DNA from: Malacoraja senta
Taxonomy: Eukaryota
Reading direction: 5' to 3'
DNA: 64,000 nt
Assembly (NCBI GenBank): GCA_038087875.1
Contig: CM075995.1
Location: 1,552,001 to 1,616,000, forward strand
Below are positions 1 through 12,051 of this stretch, piece after piece. A program made the position numbers and the translations under genes. A model generated the notes under the pieces. That model searched no databases, was not told where the DNA came from, and saw only the letters and a program-made list of their open reading frames with translations. Numbering within the stretch: the stretch's first letter is position 1; each line of letters starts with the position of its first letter.

Positions 1-105
1 GGGTGCTCCGGTTTCCACCCACACTCCAAAGACGTACAGGTTTGTAGGTTAATTGGCTCGGTATAAATGTAAAATTGTCCCTAGTGTGTGTAGGATAGTG
101 TTAGT
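1..105 (+). mobile_element. 3' part of an HE1-like V-SINE (cut by window start)
   Basis: Body motif gggtgctccggtttcc...cacactccaaagacgtacaggtttgtaggttaattggct matches the full-length copies later in the window. Confidence 0.75.
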
Positions 106-109
106 GAAC

Positions 110-565
110 AATTGGGTCAACATATGATGAGTGTTTGACGGCACTGGGCATGTTCTCGCAGGAGTTTAGATTTGATGAGTCGGGAACCTCATTGAAATTT
201 ACCAAATGGTGAAAGACCTGGATAGAGTGGATGTGGAGAGGATGTTTCCACTAGTGGGAGTGTCCAGGACCAGAGGCCATAGCCTCAGAATAAAAGGATG
301 TACCTCTAGAAAGGAGATGAGGAGGAATTTCTTTAGTCAGTTGGTGGTGAATCTGGGAATTCGTCGCCACAGGTGGCTGTTGAGGCCATCATTCGATTTT
401 TTAGGCACAGATTGACATATTCTTGAATAGTAAGAGTGTCAGGGGTTTTTCTGGAGAAAGCAGGAGAATGGGTTTAGGAGGGAAAGATAGATCAGCCATG
501 ATTGAATGGTGGAGTAGACTTGATGTGCCGAATGGCCTAATTCTGCTCCCATCACTTATGAACAT
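110..565 (+). mobile_element. CR1 LINE 3' fragment
   Basis: ORF2 C-terminal DRVDVERMFPLVGVSRTRGHSLRIKG...FFSQ followed by the CR1 3'UTR. Confidence 0.85.
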
Positions 566-744
566 ATATGATGCCCAAAACTGCTGAAAATACTCCAAAT
601 GATGTCTGACCACTTGCTGATAAAGCCCCAGCATTACATCCCCGTTATTATATTCTATTCCTCTCAAAATAAATGCTAGTGGAAAGACATAAAAGATATG
701 ACAGTTCTTATTATCATCCTTCGATGAAGGCTTCATTCATTAAG

Positions 745-1062
745 GTCTGTTTAGTTTATTTTCACGTGGACCGAGATATAGTGAAAAGCTTTTGTTGCGT
801 GCTAACCAGTCAGCGGAAAGACAATGCATGATTACAATCGAGCCATTTACAGTGTATAGATGCATGATAAGGGAATAACGTTTAGTGCAAGGTAAAGCCA
901 GCAAAGTCCGGTCAAGGATAGTCCGAGGGTCATCAAAGAGGTAGATAGTAGTTCAGCACTGCTCTCTGGTTGTGCTGGGATGATTCAGTTGCCTGATAAC
1001 AGCTGGGAAGAAACTGTCCGTGAATCTGGAGGTGTGCGTTTTCACACTTCTACACCTTTTGC
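745..1062 (-). mobile_element. Rex1/Babar-type LINE 3' end and UTR
   Basis: Minus strand reads SFFPAVIRQLNH then the UTR; the same repeat recurs at about 23460, 30090, 51240 and 56330. Confidence 0.65.
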
Positions 1063-1241
1063 CAGAAAATATACTTTTTATTTTCTTCATTTTTCAAACT
1101 GTGCTACATGAGTTCAGAACTATCAAATGATACGTTTTAAAATCCAGCACAAACTGCCCAATTGTCCCAACATATTTGATCTCATGGAGAGGTAAAATTG
1201 CCCATCAGCATGAATTCAGAAAGAACGTGCGCAGGAAATAG

Positions 1242-1441
1242 NNNNNNNNNNNNNNNNNNNNNNNNNNNNNNNNNNNNNNNNNNNNNNNNNNNNNNNNNNN
1301 NNNNNNNNNNNNNNNNNNNNNNNNNNNNNNNNNNNNNNNNNNNNNNNNNNNNNNNNNNNNNNNNNNNNNNNNNNNNNNNNNNNNNNNNNNNNNNNNNNNN
1401 NNNNNNNNNNNNNNNNNNNNNNNNNNNNNNNNNNNNNNNNN
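1242..1441. other. Assembly gap (200 N)
   Basis: Run of exactly 200 N. Confidence 1.
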
Positions 1442-2177
1442 TTCCTGCTAGGATCCCTTTCCAGTCTACCTTGGCCAGCTCCACTCTCATGCCTTCATAG
1501 TCCCCTTTGTTCAACTGCATCACTGACACTTCCGATTTAACCTTCTCCTTCTCGCAGATTAAAACTAATCATATTATGATCACTACCTCCAAGCGGTTCC
1601 TTTACCTCGAGTTGTCTTATCAAATTTGGTTCATTGGACAACACTAAATCCAGAATTGCCTTTGCTCTGGTCGGCTCCATTACAAGCTGCTCGAAGAATC
1701 CATCTCGGAGGCATTCTACAAACTCTCTTTCTTGGGGTCCTGAACCAACCTGATTTCCCCTGTCTACCTGCATATTGTAATCCCCCATCACCACAGTGGC
1801 ATTACCTTTGTTACATGCCAGTTTTAACTCCTGCTGCAACTTACACCCTACATCCAGGCTACTATTTGGGGGTCTGTAGATAACACCAATTAGTGTCTTC
1901 TTGCCTTTGCAAATTCCTCAACTCAATCCACAGTGACTCTATCTCTTCAGTCCCTATGTCTTCCCTCGCAAGGGACTGAATTCCATCCCTCACCAGAAGA
2001 GCTACCCCCCTCCCCTCCTCTGCCCACCTGCCTGTCCTTTCTATAGGATGTATAACCCTGAATATTAAGTTCCCAGGCCCAATCCTCCTGCAGCCACGTC
2101 TCAGTAATCCCCACAATGTCATATCTACCAACCTCTAACTGAGCCTCAAGCTCATCTACTTTACTTCTTATACTTGT
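1442..2177 (-). mobile_element. CR1 ORF2 AP-endonuclease fragment, frameshifted
   Basis: YDIVGITETWL, VVMGDYN, ILDLVLSNEP and LGGSDHN motifs spread over several frames. Confidence 0.9.
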
Positions 2178-3169
2178 GGAGCCCAATTCTCTGGATGCTT
2201 TCAAGAGAGAGTTAGATAGAGCTCTTAAAGATAGCGGAGTCAAGGGATATGGGGAGAAGGCAGGAACGGGGTACTGATTGTGGACAATCAGCCATGATCA
2301 CAGAGATTCGGCTTGAAGGGCCAAATGGCCTACTCCTGCACCTATTGTCTATTGTCTAATGTCTATTGTCTAAACCTGTACGTCTTTGGAGTGTGGGAGG
2401 AAACTGGCGCTCCTGGAGAAAGCTCACAGGGAGAATGTACAAACTCCGTACAGACAGCAGCCATAGTCAGGATCAAACCCGGGTCTCTGGCGCTGTAAGG
2501 CAGCAACTTCACCGCTGAGCCACCGTGTACCCCCTTTTTTTCAACCTTTGCCCATTTTTCTTTGATTCTTGATTGTTGATTAGTCTGGGGGTCAGGGGTT
2601 ATGGGGAGAAGGCTGGAGAATGGGAATGATAGATCGGCCATGATTGAATGGCGGCGTAGACTTGATGGGCCGAATGGTCTAATTCTTGTCCTATCACTTA
2701 TGAACTTATGAACCTACTTGGCCACAAATCTTCGACAGTGGTGCCAAATTATATGCTGCGAACTGGTCAATGTAAGGTCACTAGAATTACTTTCAGTTGC
2801 AGTTGTACATGTCGTTTTTAGTCAAAGCTACAAGTTCTATTCAGCGGTCTACCACTGCATTCCCTTATAAGACAATTACGTTCTATGTTGAGCTGAATGG
2901 AAGGACACATTAGAACAATATTTTTTGATTAAAGTTTATATTTTAATAACCATAGCTTATTTGCTTACTTTTACTCTTTGCATTGTTTCATGCTTGGCTT
3001 TATTTAATCTTCACATATCTTCTCTGCGCAACCAATTCCAATTACATTTGATCCTTACTTCCCCTGCAATTTCCCTCCTCTCTCCCCAGGAGACAGAGTT
3101 TGGGGCGGAGAGGATGGGTGGAGTGTAGTTGGGAGGTCATGCTGCAGTTGTGTAAGACTGTTGGTGAGG

Positions 3170-5390
3170 AATGAAATTCAGTCCCTTGCGAGGATTGACA
3201 TTGAATCAGGCGATGTAGACTCAGTATGGATTGAACTGAGGAATTGTAAGGGTAAAAAGACCCTAATGGGAGTTGTCTACAGGCCCCCAAACAGTAACCT
3301 GGATATAGGGTGCAAGTTGAATCAAGAGTTAAAATAGGCATGTTGCAAAGGTAATGCTATGGTGGTTATGGGAGATTCCAACATGCAGGTAGACTGGGAA
3401 AGTCAGGTTGGTGCTGGACACCAAGAAAGGGAGTTTGTGGAGTGCCTCCGTGATGGATTCTTAGAGCAGCTTGTACTGGAGCCTACCAGGGAGAAGGCAA
3501 TTCTGGATTTAGTGTTGTGTAATGAACCGGATTTGATAAGGGAACTCGAGGTAAAGGAGCCATGAGGAAGTAGTGACCATAATATGATAAGTTTTAATCT
3601 ACAATTTGAGAGGGAGAAGGGAAAATCAGAAGTGTTAGTATTACTGTTGAGCAAAGGGGACTATGGAGGTAAGAGGAAGGAGCTGGCTAAAGTTGACTGG
3701 AAAGATACCCTAGCAGGGATGACAGTGGAACAACAATGGCAGGTATTTCTGGGAATAATACAGAAGGTGCAGGATCAGTTCATTCCAAAGAGGAAGAAAG
3801 ATTCCAAGGGGAGTAAGGGGCGACCGTGGCTGACTAGGGAAGTCAGGGACAGTATAAAAATAAAAGAGAAGAAGTATAACATAGCAAAGATGAGCGGGAA
3901 GCCAGAGGATTGGGAAACTTTTAAAAAACAACAGAAGATAACAAAAAGGCAATACGGAGAGAAAAGATGAAGTACGAAGGTAAGCTAGCCAAGAATATAA
4001 AGGAGGATAGTAAAAGCTTCTTTAGGTATGTGAAGAGGAAAAAAATAGTTAAGACAAATGTGGGTCCCTTGAAGACAGAAAAAGGTGAATTTATTACGGG
4101 GAACATGGAAATGGCAGATTAATTGAACAGGTACTTTGGATCTGTCTTCACTAAGGAAGACACAAACATTCTCCCAGAGTACTAGTGGCCAGAGGACCTA
4201 GGGTGACGGAGGAACTGAAGGAAATTCACATTAGACAGGAAATGGTGTTGGGTAGACTGATGAGACTGAAGGCTGATAAATCCCAAGGGCCTGATGGTCT
4301 GCATCCCAGGGTACTTAAGGAAGTGGCTCTAGAAATCGTGGATGCATTGATGATCACTTTCCAATGTTCTATAGATTCAGGATCAGTTCCTGTGGATTGG
4401 AGGGTAGCTAATGTTATCCCACTTTTTAAGAAAGGCGGGAGAGAGAAAACAGGGAATTATAGACCAGTTAGCCTGACATCGGTGGTGGGGAAGATGCTGG
4501 AGTCAATTATAAAAGATTAAATAGCGGCACATTTGGATAGCAGTAACAGGATCGGTCCGAGTCAGCATGGCTTAATCTTCTGGAATTTTTTGAAGACGTA
4601 ACTAGGAAAATGGACAAGGGAGAGCCAGTGGATGTACTGTACCTGGACTTTCAGAAAGCATTTGATAAGGTTCCACATAGGAGATTAGTGGGCAAAATTA
4701 GAGCACATGGTATTGGGGGTAGGATACTGACATGGATATAAAATTGGTTGGCAGACAGGAAACAGAGAGTAGGGATTAACGGCAGGCAGTGACTAGTGGG
4801 GTTCCACAAGACTCGGTGCTGGGACCACAGCTATTTACACTATACATTAATGTTTCAGATGAAGGGTTTAAAATTAACATTAGGAAATTTGCAGATGACA
4901 CAAAGCTAGGTGGCAGTGTGAACTGTGAGTAGGATGCTATGAGGATGCAGGGTGACTTGGACAGGTTGGGTGAGTGGGCAGATGCAGTTTAATGTAGATA
5001 AATGTGAGGTTATCCACTTTGATGGCAAGAACAGGAAGGCAGATTATTATCTGAATGGTGTCAAGTTAGGAAAAGGGGAAGTACAACAAGATCTGGGGGT
5101 CCTTGTTCATCAGTCACTGAAAGTAAGCATGCAGGTACAGCAGGCAGTGAAGAAAGCTAATGGCATGTTGGCCTTCATAACAAGGGGAATTGAGTACAGG
5201 AACAAAGAGGTCCTTCTGCAGTTGTACAGGCCCCAGTGAGTCCACACCTGCAGTATTGTGTGCAGTTTTGGTCTCCAAATTTGAGGAAGGACATTCTTGC
5301 TATTGAAGGAGTGCAGCGTAGGTTCACGAGGATAATTCCCGGGATGACGGGACTGTCATATGTTGAAAGCGACTGGGCTTGTATACATGA
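3170..5390 (+). mobile_element. Degenerate CR1 ORF2 (APE plus RT)
   Basis: MGDSN, SDHN, GPDGLHPRVLKE, NYRPVSLTS, YLDFQKAFD and FADDTK motifs, with stops and frameshifts. Confidence 0.93.
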
Positions 5391-5557
5391 GGAGGCCATT
5401 CGCGAAGGGCCGAACGGCCTCCTCCTGCACTGTTGCCGATTGTTGGTGAGGCCGCATTTAGAGCATTGTGTTCACTTCTTCGGCACCATGTTATAGGAAA
5501 GATGTTGTCAAGCTGGGCGGGGTGAAGAGAACATTTACAAGGCTGAAGTAAATTTGC

Positions 5558-5833
5558 GGGCAGCACGATGGCGCAGCGGTAGAGTTGCTGCCTTACAGCG
5601 CTTGTGGCGCCAGTGGCCCGGGTTCGTTCCCAACTACGGATGCTGTCTATACGGAGTTTGTACGTTCTCCCCGTGACTGCGTGGGTTTTCACCGAGATCT
5701 TCGGTTTCCTCCCACACTCCAATGACGTACAGGTACGTAGGTAAATTGGCTCGGTGTAAGTGTAAATTGTCCCTAGTGTGTGTAGGATAGTGTTAATGTG
5801 TGGGTTGTTGGTCGGAGCGGACTCGGTGGGCTC
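5558..5833 (+). mobile_element. HE1-like tRNA-derived V-SINE
   Basis: Pol III A box tggcgcagcggtag, B box ggttcgttcc, conserved body. Confidence 0.85.
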
Positions 5834-5944
5834 GAAACAAACCTACATGAATGTTTCCAGGACGCGGGACCCGGCGTGGGGGTGGGGGGAGGTGGAGCAC
5901 CGAGAGAACTTCACTGTGATATGTCACATTTGATAATAAAGAAT

Positions 5945-6915
5945 CCATCCCTCCCTCCCTCCTTCCCTACAAACCCACCCACTCTTCCACCCACCCACCT
6001 AACCACCCACCCACCCACCCACTGATCCATCCAACCACCCACCTACCCATCTACCCACCCACCCACCAACCACCCATCCACCCACCCACTCATCCACCCA
6101 CCCACCCATCCACCCACCCACCCACCCAACCACCCACCTACCATCTACCCACACCAACCACCCATCCACCCACCCACTCATCCACCCACCCACCCATCCA
6201 CCCACCCACCCACTCATCCACCCAACCACCCACCCACCCACCCAACAACCACCCACCCACCTACCCACCCTCTCATCCACCCACCCACCCATCCACCCAC
6301 CCACCCACTCATCCACCCAACCACCCACCCACTCATCCACCCACCCACCCAACCACCCACCTACCCATCTACCCACCCACCCACCAACCACCCATCCACC
6401 CACCCACTCATCCACCCACCCACCCATCCACCCACCCACCCACTCATCCACCCACCCACCCATCCATCCACCCACCCACCCACCCACTCATCCATCCACC
6501 CACCCACCCAACCAACCACCCAACCACCCACCAACCACCCACCCACCCACCTACCCACCCACCCATCCACCCACCCACCCATCCACCCACCCACCCACTC
6601 AGCCACCAACCACCCACCCACCCACCAACCACCCACCCACCTACCCACCCACTCATCCACCCACCCACCCATCCACCCACCCACCCACTCATCCACCCAA
6701 CCACCCACCCACCCACCCACCAACCACCCACCCACCCACCTACCCACCCACTCATCCACCCAACCACCCACCCACCCACCCATCCACCCACCCACCCACT
6801 CATCCACCCAACCACCCACCCACCCACCCACCCATCCACCCACCCATCCACCCACCCACTCATCCACCCAACCACCCACCCACCCACCCCCCAACCACCC
6901 ACCCATCCATCCATC
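5945..6915. repeat. (CCAC/CCAT/CAAC)n low-complexity array
   Basis: About 970 bp of tetranucleotide variants; source of the spurious Gly/Trp ORFs. Confidence 0.97.
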
Positions 6916-6916
6916 G

Positions 6917-7280
6917 AGGTGGAGCCTCGCGGGTCGGCGGAGCCCGCGGCTGAGGCCTGGGTCAGCACCATGGAGGCGTCCGGAGAGGACCAGGCGGTGA
7001 CAGTGGAGAGATCAGTGCGGAGCTCGATGATGGCGTCGACTGACGGACGAGGACGGACCACGTGGTGTGAGGCCGCCACTGCCGCCGAAGAAACAAAGGA
7101 GGAACCGGCGTGGGGGGACCGGCGTGAGGGAGGGGGGGGGGGAGAACAGAGGGGGAACCCGGTGGGGGGGGGGGAATTGGTAACTTTGTAAGCGCCCTTT
7201 ATGGGTGATTATTTGCATACCATGGGAAGTTGCATGCGATTTGTCACAAATGACAGTAAAGCAATCTGTTCAATTCAATC
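6917..7280 (+). mobile_element. GC-rich non-autonomous retroposon fragment with LINE-like 3' tail
   Basis: CpG-rich body ending tgacagtaaa...(ttcaa)n, similar to other Rex-type tails in the window. Confidence 0.45.
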
Positions 7281-7744
7281 CACATGTCTGAAGAAGGGTC
7301 TCGACCCGATACGGCATGATGGCGGCGCCTCGCGGCAGCGGCAGCGGCCTCTGCAGTCCGTCTGTCAGTCTTCTTTTTTTTTTCTTTTTCTTTTTTAATT
7401 TTTAATGCGCCACCGTGCATTTACCTACAAAAGGCACCAATTGAATCAATAACTCTGGCAACTGTGATGGTTAAAATGCTGACGTCAAATCAGTATGCAC
7501 AGGCACAATGCTTGTTTTAATTGGTACATGACTACATACAAAATTAGCTAATTACTTACAGCGAAGCAAATGTGGAATATGGACATGATATTCAGAGTAC
7601 TTCCTTACACTCTGTACCACTTAACCTAGCATGTCTTTCTCTCCTCAGTTTACTCTCACGAGGCAAATTATTTCAAAAACATTTTTTCCTCACCTGAGAT
7701 AATAAAAGTTCCATATCTTTTACCTCGTGTGCAATTAAACCCTT

Positions 7745-9640
7745 CCAGAGTCACAGAGTCTTACGGTGTGGAAGCAGGCCCTTCGGCCGAACTTGCCCAC
7801 ACTGGACAATGTGTCCCAGCTACACTAGTCCCACCTGCCTGCGTTTGGCCCATCTATATCTTCTATATCTACCTTCTATTCTATTACTAAAACTCTCATC
7901 TTGCCCTCTTCCGGTTTGCTTTTTTTTAAATTTGCGCAAAAACAGAACCCTATATCACTAGGATTTTTTGCCACCTTACTCACCTTTCTCCTCTGCTCCA
8001 AACTTTTGTTCCGATCGGTGGAATATTACTAAAGTTATGAAGGTTTAAAAATCGTGAGACCAGCAGATTGGTCTTCTCGCCTGTCAGTCACCATGAAGGT
8101 AATGCCCCTTCTGGCACCCGCTGTTAATCAACGGGCCGGGTGAGGAGAATAAAATCCCGGAGGTGGGGCTGAGTCCACAAGCCGTGCTGAGTGAGTCCGC
8201 GAGCCGTGCTGAGTGAGTCCACGAGCCGTGTGGAGGAGAACGACCAGCAAAGCAGCCAATGAAGCGACCAGCACCCACTGTGAGTCCTCATCGCACCCAC
8301 AACCCCTTCACCTCTGGTCCCCCTCGCTGGCTCCTGCCCCCCTCCTCCATAATACCGCACACTCCCCCATGGCTCTTGCCCCGCCTTTTATCCAAGCTCT
8401 CTCCCTCCCTGCCACATACCCCTCCCCCCCACACCCCAACCCCCCCCACACACCCCTCCCACCCACACACCCCTCCCTTCCACACACCCCTCACAACCCT
8501 CCCCCTTCCCACACACATCCCTCTCCCACACAACCCCCGCCGACACACCCCTCTCCCCAAACCCCCCCTGCTCACACGTACTCCCTCCCACACACCCCTC
8601 CCACACACCCCTCCCCCCACAACCCCCACCCACATACCCCACAAAGTGCCCCCACAATGCCCCCCCACAATGCCACACACCCCGCCCACACACCCCTCCT
8701 CCCCCACAGCCCCCCTCCCCCCACGACCCCCCCTTCCCCACACAATCCCCCCTCTCGCCCACACAATCCCCCTTCACCCCCACTCAAACCCTCCACAAAC
8801 CCCTCCTCCACAACACCTCCCTGCCCACAACCCCCCCACCCACAACCTCCCTCCCCTCCACAACCCCCCCCCCACCCTCACATACCCCCCACCCACACAC
8901 ACACACCCCTCCCCTTCACACACACACTGCCCACACACCCCCCTCCCCCAAACCACCCCCTTCCACAACCTCCCTCCCCCCCACACCCCGCCCACACCAC
9001 ACCCCCCCATCCCTCCTCCTCCCTGCTCGCAAACCCCTCCAGCCCACATACACACTTCCTCTACCACCCCACCCCCACCCCCACCACCCCACCCCCCCGT
9101 GGTGAAAGGGGCCCAATGGGACCCACTTAGTCTAGTATCTCTCTAAACCTGTCCTATCCATGTACTTGCCTAAATGTTTCTTAAACGTTGTGCAAGTACC
9201 TGTCTCAACTACCTCCTCTGGCAGCTCGTTCCATACACACACCACCCTCATTCATCTGAAAAAGTTACCCCTCAGGTTCTGATTAAATCTTCCCCCCCTC
9301 ACCTTAAACCTATGTCCTCTTGATTTTCCTACCCTGGTAAGAGACTCTGTGCATCTACCCGATCTATTCCTCTGATGATTTTATACACCTCTATGAGATC
9401 TGCCCCTCATCCTCCTGCGCTCCAAGGAATAGAGTCCCAGCCTGCTCAACCTCTCCCTATAGCTCAGACCCTCCGGTCCTGGCAACATCCTCGTAAATCT
9501 TCTCTGTACCCTTTCCAGCTTGACAACATCTTTCCTATAACACGGTGCCCAGAACTGAACACAATACTCTAAATGCGGCCTCACCAACGGCATACAACTG
9601 CTACACGACCTCCCAAATACTAGACTCAATACTCTGACTG
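7745..9640 (-). mobile_element. CR1 3' fragment split by the Helitron
   Basis: [15 protein letters not shown]...LERRRMRG on the minus strand; the UTR rejoins exactly when 7853-9135 is removed. Confidence 0.85.
7853..9135 (+). mobile_element. Non-autonomous Helitron
   Basis: 5' TC, 3' CTAG, subterminal hairpin ggggccc-aat-gggaccc (9108-9124), inserted between A and T with no TSD; empty site ggcccA|Tatc matches other CR1 copies. Confidence 0.85.
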
Positions 9641-9867
9641 ACGATTCTGTGGGAACTGTCCCAAATAGATGGCAGAGAGCAGGCGGCAGAAGGAATAAGA
9701 AGGAACTCTCCTTTGTTGGGAATAAGCTGTTTCCACTCGTGGGAAAGATTAGGAGAAGAGGCCATAGCCTCAGAGTAAAAGGACGGACCTTTAGAAAGGA
9801 GATGAGTAATGAAGAGAAGGAATGGGTCTTCTTCTTGCGAATGAAACATAAACCAAAGGAATAGTTA

Positions 9868-11282
9868 GATCTCAAGCCGAGTGTTCATAGAGGACAGCTT
9901 CCAGGCAGGGGAGAAGGCAGGGGCTGTCTTCTTGGACCTCACAGGTGCATATGATACTGTCTGGCTGCGTGGACAACACATGAAGCTTCTGGAAACATCC
10001 CAGACAAGCACATGGTGAGCTTCATCATGGAGATGCTGAGCAACCACAGCTTCAGGCTACACACCAGCAACGGGCAATGCAGCAGGGTGAGGAAACTTAA
10101 GAACGGCGTCCCTCAGGGCTCAGTGCTGGCACCAATGCTGTTCAACATCTACATCCATGACCTGCCTGCAACCCAGTCAAAGAAGTATGGCTATGCTGAT
10201 GACCTGGCCATCCTACTCAGTAAGCCCTCCTGGGAAGCAGCAGAAGAGGGCCTCTCTGAAGACATGAACATCCTGTCTTCATACCTGAGGAACTGGCGCC
10301 TCAAGCTCAGCATGGGTAAGACAACATCTTCAATGTTCCACCTCAACGACAGGGAAGCGACCTGCGAGATGAACGTCATGGTGGATAATGCCCGGTTACG
10401 GTCCCAGCCTGTCCCCACGTACCTCGGTGTGAAGCTCGACAGAACGTTGTCATTCAAACAACACCTGGAAGGTGCCAAGGCAAAGACAAGCGCCCGTGCC
10501 GCACTGATACGGCGCCTAGCCGGCACCACATGGGGAGCCACGACGAAGACACTGCGCATGTCCCCAGTGGCCCTGGTGTTCTCAGTCGCCGAATACTGCG
10601 CCCCGGTCTGGTGCCGTAGCCCTCACGCCAAGAAGTTGGATGCTGCCCTCAACAGCGCCCTGCGGACTGTCTCCGGATGCGTACGAGCCACCCCAGTAAA
10701 CCAACTGCCTGTCCTCGCTGGCATCGTCCCAGCCAACATCAGACGAGAAGCAGCCACGCTGGCCCTCTCTCGAAAGGCGCAGACCAGTGAATCCCACCTC
10801 CTCCATCAGATCGTCACAGAGACACCACGACGAGTGCGCCTCAAGTCACGGCAACCCTTTGCCACGCAAGCCCAAGAGCTGCTCTGCACAACACCGGCTG
10901 ACGCTTCTAAGGCCGCCTGGGTCAAGACGAGATGGAGAGACCAGTGGAAGTCAGCGGAACCATCTAGGCTACACCATTACATCAATGACCCCATGGACGT
11001 CCCTGGCCAAGACCTGCCCCGAAAGCAGTGGACACCCCTCAACCGCTTGAGGACAGGTGTCGGACGCTATGGAGTAGCGATGAAGAGGTGGGGCCTCGTG
11101 GACAGCGCCTCCTGCGAGTGTGGGAACCCAACACAGACAGTGGAGCACATCGTCACCAGTTGTCCCAAACACCGGCCACCGTATGGTGAACGAGGTCTGA
11201 TTGACCTGGACGATGACACGTTGGCCTGGCTCGCCTCAACCGAGCGGCAGGTCTAAAAGACACACGACAGAAGATGAAGAAG
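9868..11282 (+). mobile_element. 5'-truncated Vingi/Ingi-clade non-LTR retrotransposon
   Basis: DLTGAYDTVW, GVPQGSVLAP, YADD, C-terminal CECG-QT-EHI-CP finger, no RNase H, tail cacacgacagaagatgaagaag. Confidence 0.75.
10012..11256 (+). CDS. RT and C-terminal Cys/His domain of the Vingi-like element (414 aa open; start is not native)
   Basis: Uninterrupted ORF with PQG/YADD RT motifs; upstream RT motifs lie in another frame. Confidence 0.85.
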   Translation: MVSFIMEMLSNHSFRLHTSNGQCSRVRKLKNGVPQGSVLAPMLFNIYIHDLPATQSKKYGYADDLAILLSKPSWEAAEEGLSEDMNILSSYLRNWRLKLSMGKTTSSMFHLNDREATCEMNVMVDNARLRSQPVPTYLGVKLDRTLSFKQHLEGAKAKTSARAALIRRLAGTTWGATTKTLRMSPVALVFSVAEYCAPVWCRSPHAKKLDAALNSALRTVSGCVRATPVNQLPVLAGIVPANIRREAATLALSRKAQTSESHLLHQIVTETPRRVRLKSRQPFATQAQELLCTTPADASKAAWVKTRWRDQWKSAEPSRLHHYINDPMDVPGQDLPRKQWTPLNRLRTGVGRYGVAMKRWGLVDSASCECGNPTQTVEHIVTSCPKHRPPYGERGLIDLDDDTLAWLASTERQV

Positions 11283-11462
11283 CCGGGTGTTGAGCAGCCA
11301 GGTTGTTGTCTCTGCGTCAATGTCTGAGCTCCATTTGGTGGGTGGTAGAGCGGGCACACAGAGATGACATGGTTGGCTGTCTGTTGTTCTGCTTCGCATT
11401 AACAGGCTGGGCTCTGGCGGAGTCCCCATCTCCACACGCTGGCATTGAAATCCAGTACCAAG

Positions 11463-11595
11463 AGTCTGAAGAAGGGTTTCGGCCCGAAACGTTACCTATT
11501 TCCTTCGCTCCATAGATGCTGCTGCACCCGCTGAGTTTCTCCAGCATTTTTGTGTACCTTCGATTTTCCAGCATCTGCAGTTCCTTCTTTAACAC
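11463..11595 (+). mobile_element. Penelope-derived short repeat with hammerhead motif and 12-bp TSD
   Basis: Flanked by tccagtaccaag (11451-11462, 11596-11607); core at 11466-11493. Confidence 0.8.
11466..11493 (+). ncRNA. Minimal type I hammerhead ribozyme motif
   Basis: CUGAAGA-A-GGGU(UUCG)GCCC-GAAAC-GUU. Confidence 0.7.
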
Positions 11596-11661
11596 TCCAG
11601 TACCAAGTCTGTTGAGCTTCACCCATACTCCTCTGGGGAGGTCATACCCTGGGCAGCTTTT

Positions 11662-11795
11662 ATCTGGTGAAGAAATGGGTGACTTTTCGGGTCGAGACCC
11701 TTAAGGTCTTAAGGTTAAGACCCTTAAGGGTCTCAACCTGAAACGTCACCCATTCCTTCTCTCCAGAGATGCTGCTGAGTTACTCTAGCTTTGTG
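11662..11795. repeat. Head-to-head inverted pair of Penelope-derived repeats
   Basis: atgggtgacttttcgggtcgagaccctt ... aagggtctcaacctgaaacgtcacccat with a scrambled cttaag junction. Confidence 0.7.
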
Positions 11796-12051
11796 TGCTG
11801 AAAGTAAAAACAACAGTTGCTATTGTAAAATAGTCCACCGAGAAGATTCAACAGTGTGGTTTAAAATATTTTTATGTATAAAATCATGAGATCGGGTGGA
11901 CGCACAGAGTCTCTTTCCCAGAGTGGGGGAATCGATGACCAGAGGACATAGGTTTAAGGTGAAGGGGGAGAGGTTTCATAGGAATCTGAGGAGTAACTTT
12001 TTCACACAAAGGGTGGTGGGTGTACGGAACGACCTGCCAGATGTGGTAGTT

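Larger units (their letters stand above)
11283..11660 (-). mobile_element. Second, divergent Vingi-like 3' fragment, tail-to-tail with the first
   Basis: Minus strand reads WVKLNRLGTG...WRWGL..SPAC..EQQTANHVISVCP...DAETTTWL, homologous to the end of the 10012-11256 ORF. Confidence 0.7.

Noticed and set aside
1182..1529. ORFs spanning N runs (also 27266-27649)
   Set aside because: Gap artefacts.
5999..7079. Gly/Trp/Val-rich ORFs
   Set aside because: Translations of a tetranucleotide array.
8213..9146. Pro/His-rich ORFs of about 300 aa
   Set aside because: C-rich low-complexity interior of the Helitron; open in several frames.
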